A stretch of DNA of 63,027 nt, filler included, from Pelomyxa schiedti (lineage: Eukaryota; Protista; Evosea), in the NCBI GenBank assembly GCA_020536535.1. It is 11 parts of 11 records of this genome, joined end to end, with 100 filler letters (N's around TTAATTAATTAA, not from the genome) between each part and the next. Parts side by side here need not be neighbours in the genome. Positions count along the whole stretch, not along the records: positions 5,230 to 13,689 come from JAHLWZ010001320.1; positions 13,790 to 22,132 come from JAHLWZ010000618.1; positions 22,233 to 38,906 come from JAHLWZ010001140.1; 8 more parts are not named here. One strand, written 5' to 3'. Of the stretch, positions 12,639 to 23,910 are shown one piece after another. Position 1 is the stretch's first letter; the number at the start of each line of letters is the position of its first letter. Made by a program: the position numbers and the translations under genes. Under the pieces are notes generated by a model, which worked only from the letters and a program-made list of their open reading frames with translations, was not told where the DNA came from and did not search any database.

Positions 12639-13595
12639 CTACGTGTGTTCCTCATCCTGGTGAAAGTGACTAGACAGATTCTCCATGGCCTCTGTGCCAC
12701 AAATCAGCTCACAGAAAAACCGAAAATTAAAGTACCGCAGTACTCCTGTTTTGCCACTGTCACTTCGGCAAATTTTCCTAGTGCTTGTTGCATTAACCTC
12801 AGTTGAGCTTGGTGTACTGTAGTGCCGTAAATTATAACCGGTAATTGGTAACACACCTTTTAGTTGTCGAGCTCGTGAGGCGTTAAGTGCCTCGAGTCTG
12901 TCTTGTGCAGTGTTGAGACAATATTCCCATACATCCTTCCATGTTGCCTTCAAAGTGATGTTAGTAGTTAATTAGATATGAGTGTTTCTACTTTTTCACG
13001 AGTCCAAGAGAAGCTGAAAAAACACTCGGTGTTGCAACCGACAGTGGGAACCTGTTCTTCTTCTATTGTGAAAACAGCTCGATATGGAAATCCTGCAAAG
13101 AGTGATTTCAAACCAAGATAGTTTGCTCCTGCCTGACTCCCGTATGACGTCGATCTTGTTTGTTAATATTATCAATCTGGTGCCCCATGACGCGAATACA
13201 TCCCGCGGTTTATCTCCCTATTCACAGATACAAATAGACAAAATTAAACCCCGGTTTCCCAAGTTACAAGATACCAAACCGTCCAAGGTTACAATAGTTT
13301 CCACTCCGTATTGAATGGCGAGTCCACGGCGTGCTAATAGACGAAGCATTGGATGAGAAATCACGATCCCCACGAAGGAACGCTCCCAATGGTCAAGGGT
13401 GGCCAATTTAGAGATCATGCTGCGTTGAAGATCAAAACACAGGGCTTCCACTCCACCGCCGAATCTCGCCGCGGGAGAGAACGAAGGAGACAAGGAAACG
13501 TACCTCTCGACAGCTGTCCTCCCGTCCGTCACCATCACCATCTCCCGCTCTTGGGTACAACTATTTGGGTCCGCTACTGCCTCCGGTGTATCCAT
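12639..13595 (-). CDS. Element-borne unknown spliced gene X, right copy
   Basis: The ATG lies inside the inverted repeat (MDTPEAVAD). Intron 13503-13420; another intron with a TACTAAC branch point ends near 12952; further introns at about 12859-12820 and 12735-12692. Exon 2 aligns without gaps to the left copy. Confidence 0.6.
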
Positions 13596-13689
13596 GACGA
13601 CTTCTTGACTTGTTGCAATTTTTTTGGCGGATCTATACAGACAGCAGTGAAAGAATTAAATAAAAGTTTTGTTTTTATAAAGGTGACAG
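13569..13689 (-). repeat. Right terminal inverted repeat (121 bp, ...GGTGACAg)
   Basis: Exact reverse complement of 5230-5350. Confidence 0.95.
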
Positions 13690-13789
13690 NNNNNNNNNNN
13701 NNNNNNNNNNNNNNNNNNNNNNNNNNNNNNNNNTTAATTAATTAANNNNNNNNNNNNNNNNNNNNNNNNNNNNNNNNNNNNNNNNNNNN

Positions 13790-15900
13790 GAACACCTCAC
13801 AGAAACGAGATACACATTGGGAAATGTGTAATACCAACTGAGGAAACTCCCAGCAATTGGCGAGAGCATTTTGGTGGACCTACAGTCAGTGAGTTACTCC
13901 GAATTAGTGCGGAAATGGAGAAGATCATGCATACAACACTCGGCAAGCATTCCTACAAGTGCGGAAATTCTATACATGTACATTGAAGCTCAGGAAAGAC
14001 CAGAACTGGTCTACTTCATTTCAAGCCAAGGGAAATCGCACTCCAGTCGTAGCTTGACTTCTTCACAACCCATATTAGCAATAATAACAGCAATAAATTC
14101 ACACTTACCACTTTGTGATCAGTTCCAACAGCACTCTCAGCGATCTGCGCTATGTGAGGAATCATCTATGGCAAGTGGAACTATACTAAGGGCAGGTCAA
14201 GCTTGCATCTATTCAAGGCAGGAGAGCACCATACAAAGAACCCTGAACGAATTGAGTTGATTCCTATCAGTCAAAGTCAGACACAGTACACAACAAGGCT
14301 TTTGGGCAAGCAAGAGACTACATTTCGAGCACAGGAAACCTTGATCCCATCATCAGCAGTAGCTCTGATGACATTCCTGAAGGAAGTGAGCTAGAATGTA
14401 GGAATTTTCAAGGCAACCAGTCACCCTTTACATCGAATTTGAGGTCATAAGCAACTCCAATCTTGGCACCACAGCATTTTGGTGAACGAACTGCTGTTCA
14501 ACACACAATCAAAAATTATGGCACATGGGAAAGCCTCTAAATATTGCAGCACTCAAGCATCTCTGCTGGATCCAATTCCTGGTTTCCATTAATTAACTTT
14601 CAGGCAAGGAGACTTGCATACCAACGCAGAGGAATCTGCACTACTTCCACAAAGTTTTGCACATCATTTCGAATTTCCTGCAATTGAATGAGTTATCTAG
14701 GGATAGTAATCATGACAAATATACCGGAAAGGGCACAGAACAACTGGCAAGCAAGCTTGAACCTAGCGGGGTTGCTGTACAATTGGGAGATTTGGGAACG
14801 CAATTCTTGATTGAAGCCCAATGGACAGCAGAGGCAAGCATCAGCATCATGCAATCTGAGGACCAACGCAGTGCAAGTTTGCAAAGTGGCATAGTGTCTA
14901 GACAACAATTAACAAGGCAATTCAAAGGAAACCTTACCTCATGCACCACCAAGTCCAAATTGAGATCCCTGCCAAGCAAAGGCACGAATCTGAATCAACC
15001 TAAAGGAGTCAGCCTCACAATAGAAATTCGTGGGACACAATCTGCAGCTGTATTCCAACAACTGGAATAAAACCAACATGCAGGCAGTGTATTTGCATCT
15101 ATTTCGTGAATGATTACTTTGGAAATCTGGGAGGTGGACTTGCCTTTGAGCAACGCAATGGCAGTGAAGGCTCCAACCTGATGGGAAAGCATGCAACAAA
15201 ATGCGTTGGCAATCACAGATGAGGCACTGCGGTAATTCTCTGAGAGGGATCAGAAATCAGCTGGAAAGAAAACTGAGATACCTGTGTATGCCAGGCAAAG
15301 TAACAACACCTTGCACTATGAGGGAAAAGACTTGAACCAAGACCCTGGATCAAAACATATCACCAGCAACAATCATGCTCAGCGTGGCTGATAGCTATTT
15401 ACCCACACCTACAACACATTAAGGAAGATCAAGCAAGGAGTTTGGGTTTACAGGGCAATGACAGGTGCCACAGAAATCACCAAAAATCAAGGCAAAGTCA
15501 GCGAAAGGATACTAGGTCCATTGTAAACGAAATTGGGACTATCAGGAGAGTCACCAGCAACAATAATACCAGTGAGTAGACAGGAGCACGAAATTGGAAC
15601 ATACCCCACAAAGGAAAGAACAATCATTGCCAACCATTCAGCGCTAAGAGAAAATGGAGATTCCTGGGACACTTAGGCACATAGACAGTGTATTCAGCAT
15701 CAGAAATGATGCTACGAAATTGTAGAAGGCATACATCCCAGAGGCTATGTAAATTTCTTTGTTGGCAAAGCAAGAGATACAATGGAAGATTGCAAAAGGA
15801 AAGAAGCTCCATACTTGAGGAATGAAAGCAGAATACAATGGAGTGAAGGCATACGCAACTGGCGAAATGGAAGCAAATACAACGGACACTACCGAGCAAT
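13790..15900 (+). pseudogene. Possible very degenerate retroelement remnant
   Basis: Only weak motifs: a protease-like (D)TxASISIM at about 14830 and gag-like fragments. Many stops and no intact domain. Confidence 0.25.
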
Positions 15901-16389
15901 CATTGCGGCTCCACAAAGTCTCATATTAACTTCGAAAAAAAAAAAAAAAAAAAATGCACCAGTGACAACGCACATACATCCGCGATATCGACGCGGTCTC
16001 GGCACCATCGACCCGATGTCCGGCAACATGCTGGCACCACAGGAAACTCCCCCACAAGATTCACCCGACAACTCCGGCCTCACCGCACCATCCGCGGACC
16101 AACGCCGACGTATCTACGTGCATTTTTACACTCTACTACCACCACCACCGCCGAATGTCCGGCACCACCGAAACGTTCCGCATACCATACCGCGGCAACC
16201 TCATGATTTATCGACCCGCTACTGACCATTACCATCACCCGACATCCGTCAAAAACACATACAGCGGCCTACGCCGCACTAATCGCAGACCAACGGCAAC
16301 GCGTCAACGCCGTCTCCGTGAATTGTACAGCGATTTTGCTCTTACGCTAACGCTTGGTGATTGTCATCACGCTCAACAGGAGGGGGAAC

Positions 16390-16790
16390 GTGTGTACTTC
16401 CACAAAGTACACGAACTCGGCCTTGCTCGCGAGGCTCTGAAGTCTGGCGCACTTTAGCGGGATTGGAGAGACTGAGGACTGAGCTGAATCTGGACTATTA
16501 CCAGAATGAGACAGCGAAGGTAATGATCAGCGCACAGCGCAGCTGGGCGCACAAATACAGCAATAAGAACGTGGCAGGCGGTTTTGATCACATGCACACT
16601 TGTCCGAGAATCCATTTGAACATCGTGGCCTTTTAACCCAATCGCACAACCGCTCTGCGAGATTTTACACACTCCCTTTTTATCCCCTTACAACAACAAA
16701 CAAACAAACAAGAGAACCCTTTATTCTCTTCACTCTCACTCGTTTTCTTCCTCTGTGGGACTTATTCTCGAGCCCACAGAAGCTAACAGA
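16390..16790 (+). repeat. Interspersed repeat R, copy 1 (with truncated MITE from 16683)
   Basis: Near-identical to 20763-21166 and to the reverse complement of 21474-21762. Confidence 0.9.
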
Positions 16791-17661
16791 GGGAGTCGTG
16801 AGTGGTTATTTGGAGACAACAAAGGTCATTCTGCTGCTCTACCAACTGAGCTACACCTTTGGGTTTGCCTGTTTTGTTTGGAAAAAAAAGAACAACAACT
16901 GTGATGGAACCTCCTGCAAGCGGGAACACCATGACGAAGTCTTGGCCAAATGGTGTTGAGACCCCTGACTCCAGTTTTGCTGCTTCGAACCCCAGTTCAT
17001 ACACGCTCTCCTGCTGGTCGCCTGGAGTTCCATCCCCCACAACCCGGCCAAATGTGCAGTTCCGTGCTGCCAGGAACCAAAACCACAATCCACTTCCTGT
17101 TGCAAACCACACTCGGGGAGTTCCGACACATTGTGAGTTCAGTTGACCACACTGCCCTGTCAAAAGTATCCCCCTCTTTTCCAGCACCACCGTCTTCCTC
17201 CATACTCACATTCAGGACCCTGCAGTATCCCCTCCACGACTCATCACGATACAGGGTGCTGCACAGAACCCTGTCATTTCCCACACACCCGCACACAGCG
17301 CTGTCCAAAGGAAACTTGAACACAGACCAGTGTAGAATACCAAGCGTTGCTGACAGACTCACAATCAAAGCGGCAGACCTCAACGGTATTGATTGGGTGC
17401 TCAGAGCCTGCAGAGCCGGTGTCCCACAATTCGGCCGGTCCACCAAGGCAGCTCGAACACTGCTTCCCTGGCGGGCCTGAGCACCCAGTCTTTGGCCCAC
17501 TGCCTCACCAGGCTCGGCGATTGCACCCATAATTTCAACGACGGGCAGCAGCTTGTGGAGCACCTCGTGACGCCGCAGCAACACAGTGCAACCACTTGTG
17601 ACGTAGTCGTCGACATGCCCGTTTGAATGGCGTCGCCGTCCCGTGATTGTGTCTGGCCCAT
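16790..17661 (-). pseudogene. Frameshifted, 3'-truncated member of the MG-starting lineage-specific family
   Basis: MGQTQS...SQVVALCC...VRQWAKDWVLRPAREAVFELP, then a frame change to VSLSATLGI...VCGCVGNDRVL...CNRKWIV. It ends at the repeat R junction. Confidence 0.7.
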
Positions 17662-17708
17662 TTCTCCGAAACAGTTTGATTGTGTGAAAATTCTGTAACG
17701 AGGGGGTA

Positions 17709-18524
17709 ATGACATCAACGAGGCTCAAGGTGGGAACACGTCAGTTGCAGTGGGCGCTCCAACCACGGGTGTACTTCCACGAGCAGTTGCAGGCTCTCCT
17801 GACGTCGTCGCACCCGAGGTGCGGACGAAACAGCCCAGCGAGTGTCCTCCCAGTCTCCATCATCCGCCAAATGGCCGACATGTGGCGCCCTGGTTCCGTT
17901 TTCGTTCACAGTTGCTCTCCCACGTGGGCCATGCCGAGCGTGGCAGTGATTGTGGGAATGTCAAAGCACACACTGGGAGTGACGACCAGGGATCCCGTAA
18001 TCAAACAAATGGACCTCGGCAACAACGTGGTGTGGATGACCGACGACGGAAGCCTCTGCCTGCGCCCAGTTCAACGCCCAGTGCCTGCTGCTGTGTGTGA
18101 CATCGTGAATGGGTGCGAGGTGCCAATCCCGGAATCAGGAAGTTTATACACAGTGAAAGGCAGAGGCCAGTGGATAATTGACTCTGTGAGTTCACAGTGG
18201 AACATGTGGAGGGTGGTTCGTACTCCTGTTGTGCAGTGTGGTGCGAGAACAAGTGATTGTGAGGTGGATNNNNNNNNNNNNNNNNNNNNNNNNNNNNNNN
18301 NNNNNNNNNNNNNNNNNNNNNNNNNNNNNNNNNNNNNNNNNNNNNNNNNNNNNNNNNNNNNNNNNNNNNCATATGCACCCCTGTTGTGTTTGTCAATCAC
18401 CCTCATGACATATCTGTTTGCGGTGCTCACAATCCACTCCCTTCCAATGTGCGTCACCAACGGCCCTGTCATTGTGGCCACCCCACTTGCTGCAAATTCC
18501 CTGCTAATGCACACGAGCAAATGA
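17709..18524 (+). CDS. Hypothetical protein with HPRCGxxSP motif, interrupted by a gap; distant relative of the MG family
   Basis: HEQLQALLTSSHPRCGRNSPASVLPVSIIRQMADMW...VGMSKHTLGV. Confidence 0.55.
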   Translation: MTSTRLKVGTRQLQWALQPRVYFHEQLQALLTSSHPRCGRNSPASVLPVSIIRQMADMWRPGSVFVHSCSPTWAMPSVAVIVGMSKHTLGVTTRDPVIKQMDLGNNVVWMTDDGSLCLRPVQRPVPAAVCDIVNGCEVPIPESGSLYTVKGRGQWIIDSVSSQWNMWRVVRTPVVQCGARTSDCEVDXXXXXXXXXXXXXXXXXXXXXXXXXXXXXXXXXXYAPLLCLSITLMTYLFAVLTIHSLPMCVTNGPVIVATPLAANSLLMHTSK

Positions 18525-19299
18525 GAAAAACAAAAGCAATAATAACAAGCTATTACTTGGTGTCAAGTTTGTTGCCCCACACGCCAACAGCCAGGGCCAT
18601 AAATTGATCCCTCGCTCTCAACTGTTGCATGAACAACAGGGCATTACCCGGTTTACGGCTGACCCACACCATTATCAGTTTCGGTTTTCTCTGAAAATGG
18701 TGGCTACTCCTCTCTTCTGAGATCAGAGAAAAAGCGAAAACGACAAGCAGTGGGCCTCTGTTTGCTGCCACGTCGTGCATCGTATCAGTTCATGTACAGT
18801 GTTGCATGCATGCAGTTGTCATCATTGAGATGACGAAGTGGATAGTGACACTGTCCCCACACGCGTTGTTACTCCTCGCGTCGGGATCGCGACTTCTGTT
18901 GCGATGGTGGCACCGTGTTCATCTCGAAGTCTTCAAACTGTTGTAGTAGCCTGGTGCGTCGCCTCGGCCGCGTATTTGTGGGAGTGACCGGATCATCAGT
19001 TGTTGCTCTTCGTTTGTTAATGTTGTTTGTGTAGGTACTTCTTTTTGAGTTGGCAGTCATCATTGGGGTCTGTCCCATCATCTCGTACTTGGGCTGGGCT
19101 TGCCTCTGAGTACTTTTCGAGTTGCCTCTGAAGTGGTGTTTTCCCTTTCACTGCCACCTTTCCCTCTGGCTTCTTCTTCCACTTGTCATGGCGATTTTCT
19201 GTCGTGAGTGTTTCGTAGCCTCTTCCTCCAGGCTTGGGTCAAAGTCATCATCCACCTCTGGTGTCTCAGTGGGTGTGTTCTGTCCACCTTTGTATTCCT

Positions 19300-19660
19300 G
19301 CATCCAGCTCACATGAATTAGTTGTGTGAGGGCAAATCCCCTTTTGTTGTCGACCTGATACAGATTATCCCCAATGCACTCTGTTATGACAAATGGTCCC
19401 TCCCAGTGTGGAGCAAACTTTCTAGCTACTACCTTTCAGTTTTACTGTTGGTTTGGGGATGGTAAGCAGAGCTCTTCCTGTGCTCAATCTGAAACAGTAT
19501 GTTCACTTCTTCAACCAACTCATTGAGGAAATGACTGGATCCACCACGACAAGTATGTATTCATTTCCCTGATTTGTCCTTGTTAACTTTCCCACATACT
19601 CTATCCCCACAATGTGGTTGGGGCACAGTGGGCATGGCAGACTCTTATATCAAAAAATGT
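19300..19660 (-). pseudogene. Ty3/Gypsy integrase remnant with internal deletions
   Basis: PNHIVGIEYVGKLTRTNQGNEYILVVVD joins directly to GSSHFLNELV...SSAYHPQTNSKTER, which joins to RKFAPHWEGPFVI...HVSWMQEY (GPY/F motif). Confidence 0.75.
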
Positions 19661-20762
19661 TATGGGTGCTGTCATTTGTGAACACTTTATTTTGAGGTTC
19701 ATGTTGTGTTTTCCTTGTTTGTGTACACAAACAGAGTCTTAAAAACTACAGTATCGATGGGGGCAACAATCTGGCACTATCTGTGATGGCTGAAGCAGAA
19801 GAGTCTGTGTGGGTGCAACAACAGATGTACTTGTAAGTTATACAGATCAGCACCTGCATACACTGTTCAGCACACCAGCCTGCATAGACATACACAACAA
19901 ACAGAACTAATAATAGAATCCCTTTCTTTATCTTGTTCTTGTTCTCTGCTTCACCGTCACTGGATGAGATAGCCCCTGGTTCCAGGGATATCCAAGGCAC
20001 CCTCGGGCTAGCTTTTCCCGTTTGCACTGTCACCGTTCGCTTGGTTCAGCACACCAGCCTTTTTTTCTGCTAAGAAGATCCACTGTGAAGGAACCGAGCC
20101 ACTTCCTTCCTTTTGTGGAAAACAGGTAAAAATTTGTGCACCCCACCATCCCGTATTGTCAACCAAATGGCAGTGCAAAAAAAACACCAGAGTGATGAGA
20201 ACAAAATGACTGTGTACTGGTATGTTTGTTTATTTTGTTCTGAGAAATGTATTTTTGGTTAAAAATCCTTTCCAAGTCCCTTGTGATTTGAAGCCAAATA
20301 AAGGTCAAGAGTCATTGATACACTGATTGAAAGCCAAAGATGTGGTCTTACATCATTTCAATGCAATGTTCGTTGCAACCTTTTTTGGGGGGTGTTCCCA
20401 GCAACTCTCCTGTCTCGGCATCAAAAGTACTGCATTTTTTTTTGTGGCAGGTACTTATGGGCTGCAGTGTGTTCTTGACAGGGAGGAGAACATCCCCTGC
20501 CTACCCGCACTTCACCATTCTCCTCCTGCCGTCAGTTTGTGTCGCACTGGGTGCCTCTCAGTCCAGTGAACTCGATCCACCAAATAAGAGAAAGAAAGTG
20601 CCAGTAGAGACACCGTGGTGGGTCAGGTTCACACCATGGTGGGTCAGGTTCTGGACCAACACCTCGTCGGCCTCTGTGTACTTACGGTGGCGGCAACGAA
20701 CCTGCCTACGATGACAACGAACTAATTAGTAGGCAACGAGGTGACTGGGCTGTGGGGTCCCG

Positions 20763-21247
20763 GTGTGTACTTCCACAAAGTACACGAACTCGGCCTTGCT
20801 CGCGAGGCTCTGAAGTCTGGCGCACTTTAGCGGGATTGGAGAGACTGAGGACTGAGCCGAATCTGGACTATTACCAGAATGAGACAGCGAAGGTAATGAT
20901 CAGCGCACAGCGCAGCTGGGCGCACAAATACAGCAACAACAACGTGGCAGGCGGTTTTGATTACATGCACACTTGTCCGAGAATCCATTTGAACATCGCA
21001 GCCTTTTAACCCAATCGCACAACCGCTCTGCGAGATTTTACACACTCCCTTTTTACCCCCTTACAACAACAACAACCAAACAAACAAGAGAACACTCTTT
21101 ATTCTCTTCACTCTCACTCGTTTTCTTCCTCTGTGGGGCTTATTCTCGAGCCCACAGAAGCTAACAGAATAAAGGGTTCTCTTGTTTGTTCTCGTTGTTG
21201 TTGTAAGGGGATACACCGGGGGGCAAGTCAAGTGAGAAAAACAGAAT
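20763..21247 (+). repeat. Interspersed repeat R, copy 2 (contains complete MITE)
   Basis: Aligns to copies 1 and 3; begins with the hairpin GTGTACTT-ccaca-AAGTACAC. Confidence 0.9.
21056..21211. mobile_element. 156-bp MITE with about 45-bp imperfect TIRs and TA target-site duplication (Tc1/mariner-type signature)
   Basis: TA-(t/c)ccccttacaacaac...gttgttgtaagggga-TA. The empty site ttttTAcacc is present in repeat copy 3. Confidence 0.8.
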
Positions 21248-21438
21248 CAAAAGACACAAGCCACTGAACAATCACCAAAACCCATTTATGTCAAGGCCGC
21301 GCAGCCGCGGCGAGACCCGATTCAACGAACACACACGCCGCGCTGCCGCCGCGGCGCCGCGCCAACCGCCCCGCGGCACAAAACATCAACAAATCCCGGC
21401 AAAATCGGGCCGCTTCACCCTGCCTTGCTCACTAAAAA

Positions 21439-21762
21439 ATTCTGTTTTTCTCACTTGACTTGCCCCCCGGTGTAAAAAGGGAGTGTGTAAAATCTCGCAG
21501 AGCGGTTGTGCGAGGTTAAAAGGCCGCGATGTTCAAATGGATTCTCGGACAAGTGTGCACATAATCAAAACCGCCTGCCACGTTGTTGTTGCTGCATTTG
21601 TGTGCCCAGCTGCGCTGTGCGCTGATCATTACCTTCGCTGTCTCATTCTGGTAATGGTCCAGATTCGGCTCAGTCCTCAGTCTCTCCAATCCCGCTAAAG
21701 TGCGCCAGACTGCAGAGCCTCGTGAGTAAGGCTGAGTTTGTGTACTTTGTGGAAGTACACAC
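21439..21762 (-). repeat. Interspersed repeat R, copy 3 (no MITE; inverted relative to copy 2)
   Basis: Reverse-complement match to copy 2, separated from it by a 191-bp GC-rich spacer. Confidence 0.9.
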
Positions 21763-23910
21763 CCCCACAGATCCTGATGTCGCATGAGTTCATTGATGCA
21801 ACAACGGGCACAGTGCTGTTCACAGTGAAGCAGGCAGATGCCTACTTCAGCCTCCTTCCAGTTTACATTGGTCCTGTTCCATTCCACAATCCCTTGGGAT
21901 AGCAATCATTCAGAGAGCATTCAGAATGAAATGCCTTTTCTGAGATCTCGGTTCCCATAACAATCACATTTTTCGACCAGGAACACACAACAAAACAAAC
22001 AAATGCTACGGCACCGTGACTTTGACGACAGTGCGGTGGCGATCAATTGTGGGACGCGGGCTCGGTCCCAGATCGTTCAACTCATTTTCGCTCATTCATC
22101 ATCCTCGTCATCCAGCGCTCCTCCACCACCACNNNNNNNNNNNNNNNNNNNNNNNNNNNNNNNNNNNNNNNNNNNNTTAATTAATTAANNNNNNNNNNNN
22201 NNNNNNNNNNNNNNNNNNNNNNNNNNNNNNNNCAGTAACCTAAATACAACACACGACACACAACAGTGGGGCCATCAATTATAGCATACCCAACAAATGA
22301 ACAACACTGTTTAGTGTCTGCAACGTCTTCCGACGTTGAAGACCCTGCTGCAGTGAAAAAGATTGCATTCCTTGGTTGATGTTTTGTGCAAGACACTCCT
22401 TCACTTGTGTGTGAAAACGTTCCATGTCGGCGCTGTTGTGGCTGTTACATCCTTAATCGATTCGATCACCTCTTATTCTTTGAATTCGATGTGCACCAAT
22501 CTAATCGAATCTGTTGTGATTAGCAACAAAACCTAAACTTTAGAAACGCGATGGTCTGGTGTTTTTTTTATTTACCCAAATGAAGATCTGAAAAAACTTC
22601 ATAACCTTCCTTGTGATGATGTACAGGCAGGTTGCACAGCACCTTCAATATGTTGTGGAATCCACAGCTGCACACTATTGGATTGATTGGCTCTCAAAAA
22701 ACTGCCACCCCTGACATTGCTTTGAAGACTTACAACTAAGAGTTGCCAACCCAGTCAGCTTTGTTTGTTGGTGGTTATAACTTGGTGTGATGTTTCCGCT
22801 CAGAACGGAACAGAAGTACACAGTCCCAACTTGTTTTTCAAAATGATATCAAAATTCGTTTTCTTGTTGTCCCAGTCTCAGACTAGGAGCAACCAAGGGG
22901 GAGTCAGTAGTGTGTGCTTCTGTGGGGATGTGTAGTTCGGTGTGTGACGAGAAAGCAGGGAACAAGCACGAGATCAAGAAAGGATTCTATTATTTGTTCT
23001 GTTTGTTTTGATTTGTGAGGTTTAAGTCGTGATTCTAAGGTCGGAGTGTGTCAGGCTTATAAGGACTCGAAAACGACTTGAAATCAAGGTGAACGATCAG
23101 GTAGATTTCCGCGAACTTGATTTCCTAAGATGTCAGGTCCGAGTGCTGACTCAGCAGGTCAGTCTCCCAGTCTCGGTGTTCGTGCTCACGCTTGCAGAGA
23201 GTTTGCTTGTGTATTCTACTGAATCACACAGTAGCTTGAGCTTGTGGTCAAGGTTTCCCCTGGTTCCCATTAACATTTGAGACTGAGGAAGGGAGGAAAT
23301 ACAAAAGTTGGTGGTAACCGGTGAAAATCTGCACATAAATCTGCGTTTTGTCAGTCACCACTGGACAGATTGTCCTTTTCCTTGAAAAAAAACAACAACT
23401 AGTATCCCTTGGCGACCAAAAAGCGACGAATCTGCCGCTGCCTCGGGAGAACTTGCCCCGCGGCAGCCAACCCCTTTGGGTCAGCTCCACTTTCCACCAT
23501 TCGCTTTGGCCCTCCACTATGCTGTGTTTGTACTGTGTGAATTGCTGTAAGTGGCAAAAACGTGGTTTGTTTTTTACTTTGTTTTTGTGGCCAAATAATG
23601 GAAAGAGTCATTGAGACATTATTTGAATGCCAAATAAGTGGTCTTACATCACAGTAATGCAATGTTCCTATCATCATCATCTGGGGCCTTAGCCAGATTT
23701 CGGGCTGCGATTTCTCCCCAAAAAACCCTCTTGTTTTCTTGTGTTATGGATTATGGGTTTGTTTTCGGATTTGAAAAGCACAGGATTCGCCGTTCTGCCC
23801 CAACACCAAACAACACCCAGAAGAACCAAAAACAGAGTTCTCAGAGTTGTGGAGTGGGCACTCTTTTCAATCAGTGATGACGGTTCCTGATTACCACAAA
23901 GAAACAGAGC

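Larger units (their letters stand above)
5230..13689. mobile_element. Composite, inverted-repeat-bounded element made of two tail-to-tail Ty3/Gypsy-like units (decayed)
   Basis: Perfect 121-bp inverted termini. The minus-strand unit has gag, PR, RT, RH, INT and chromodomain; the plus-strand unit has eroded gag, PR-like, RT and RH-like remnants. Confidence 0.75.

Noticed and set aside
5230-13689. Classification as DIRS or Polinton because of the inverted termini
   Set aside because: No tyrosine recombinase, DNA polymerase B, packaging ATPase or capsid motifs seen; it has an aspartic protease and a DDE integrase with chromodomain.
16361-16672. Similar short ORFs at 16361, 20752, 20827, 21483 and 21516
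   Set aside because: These are translations of repeat R on both strands, with no recognisable protein domain.
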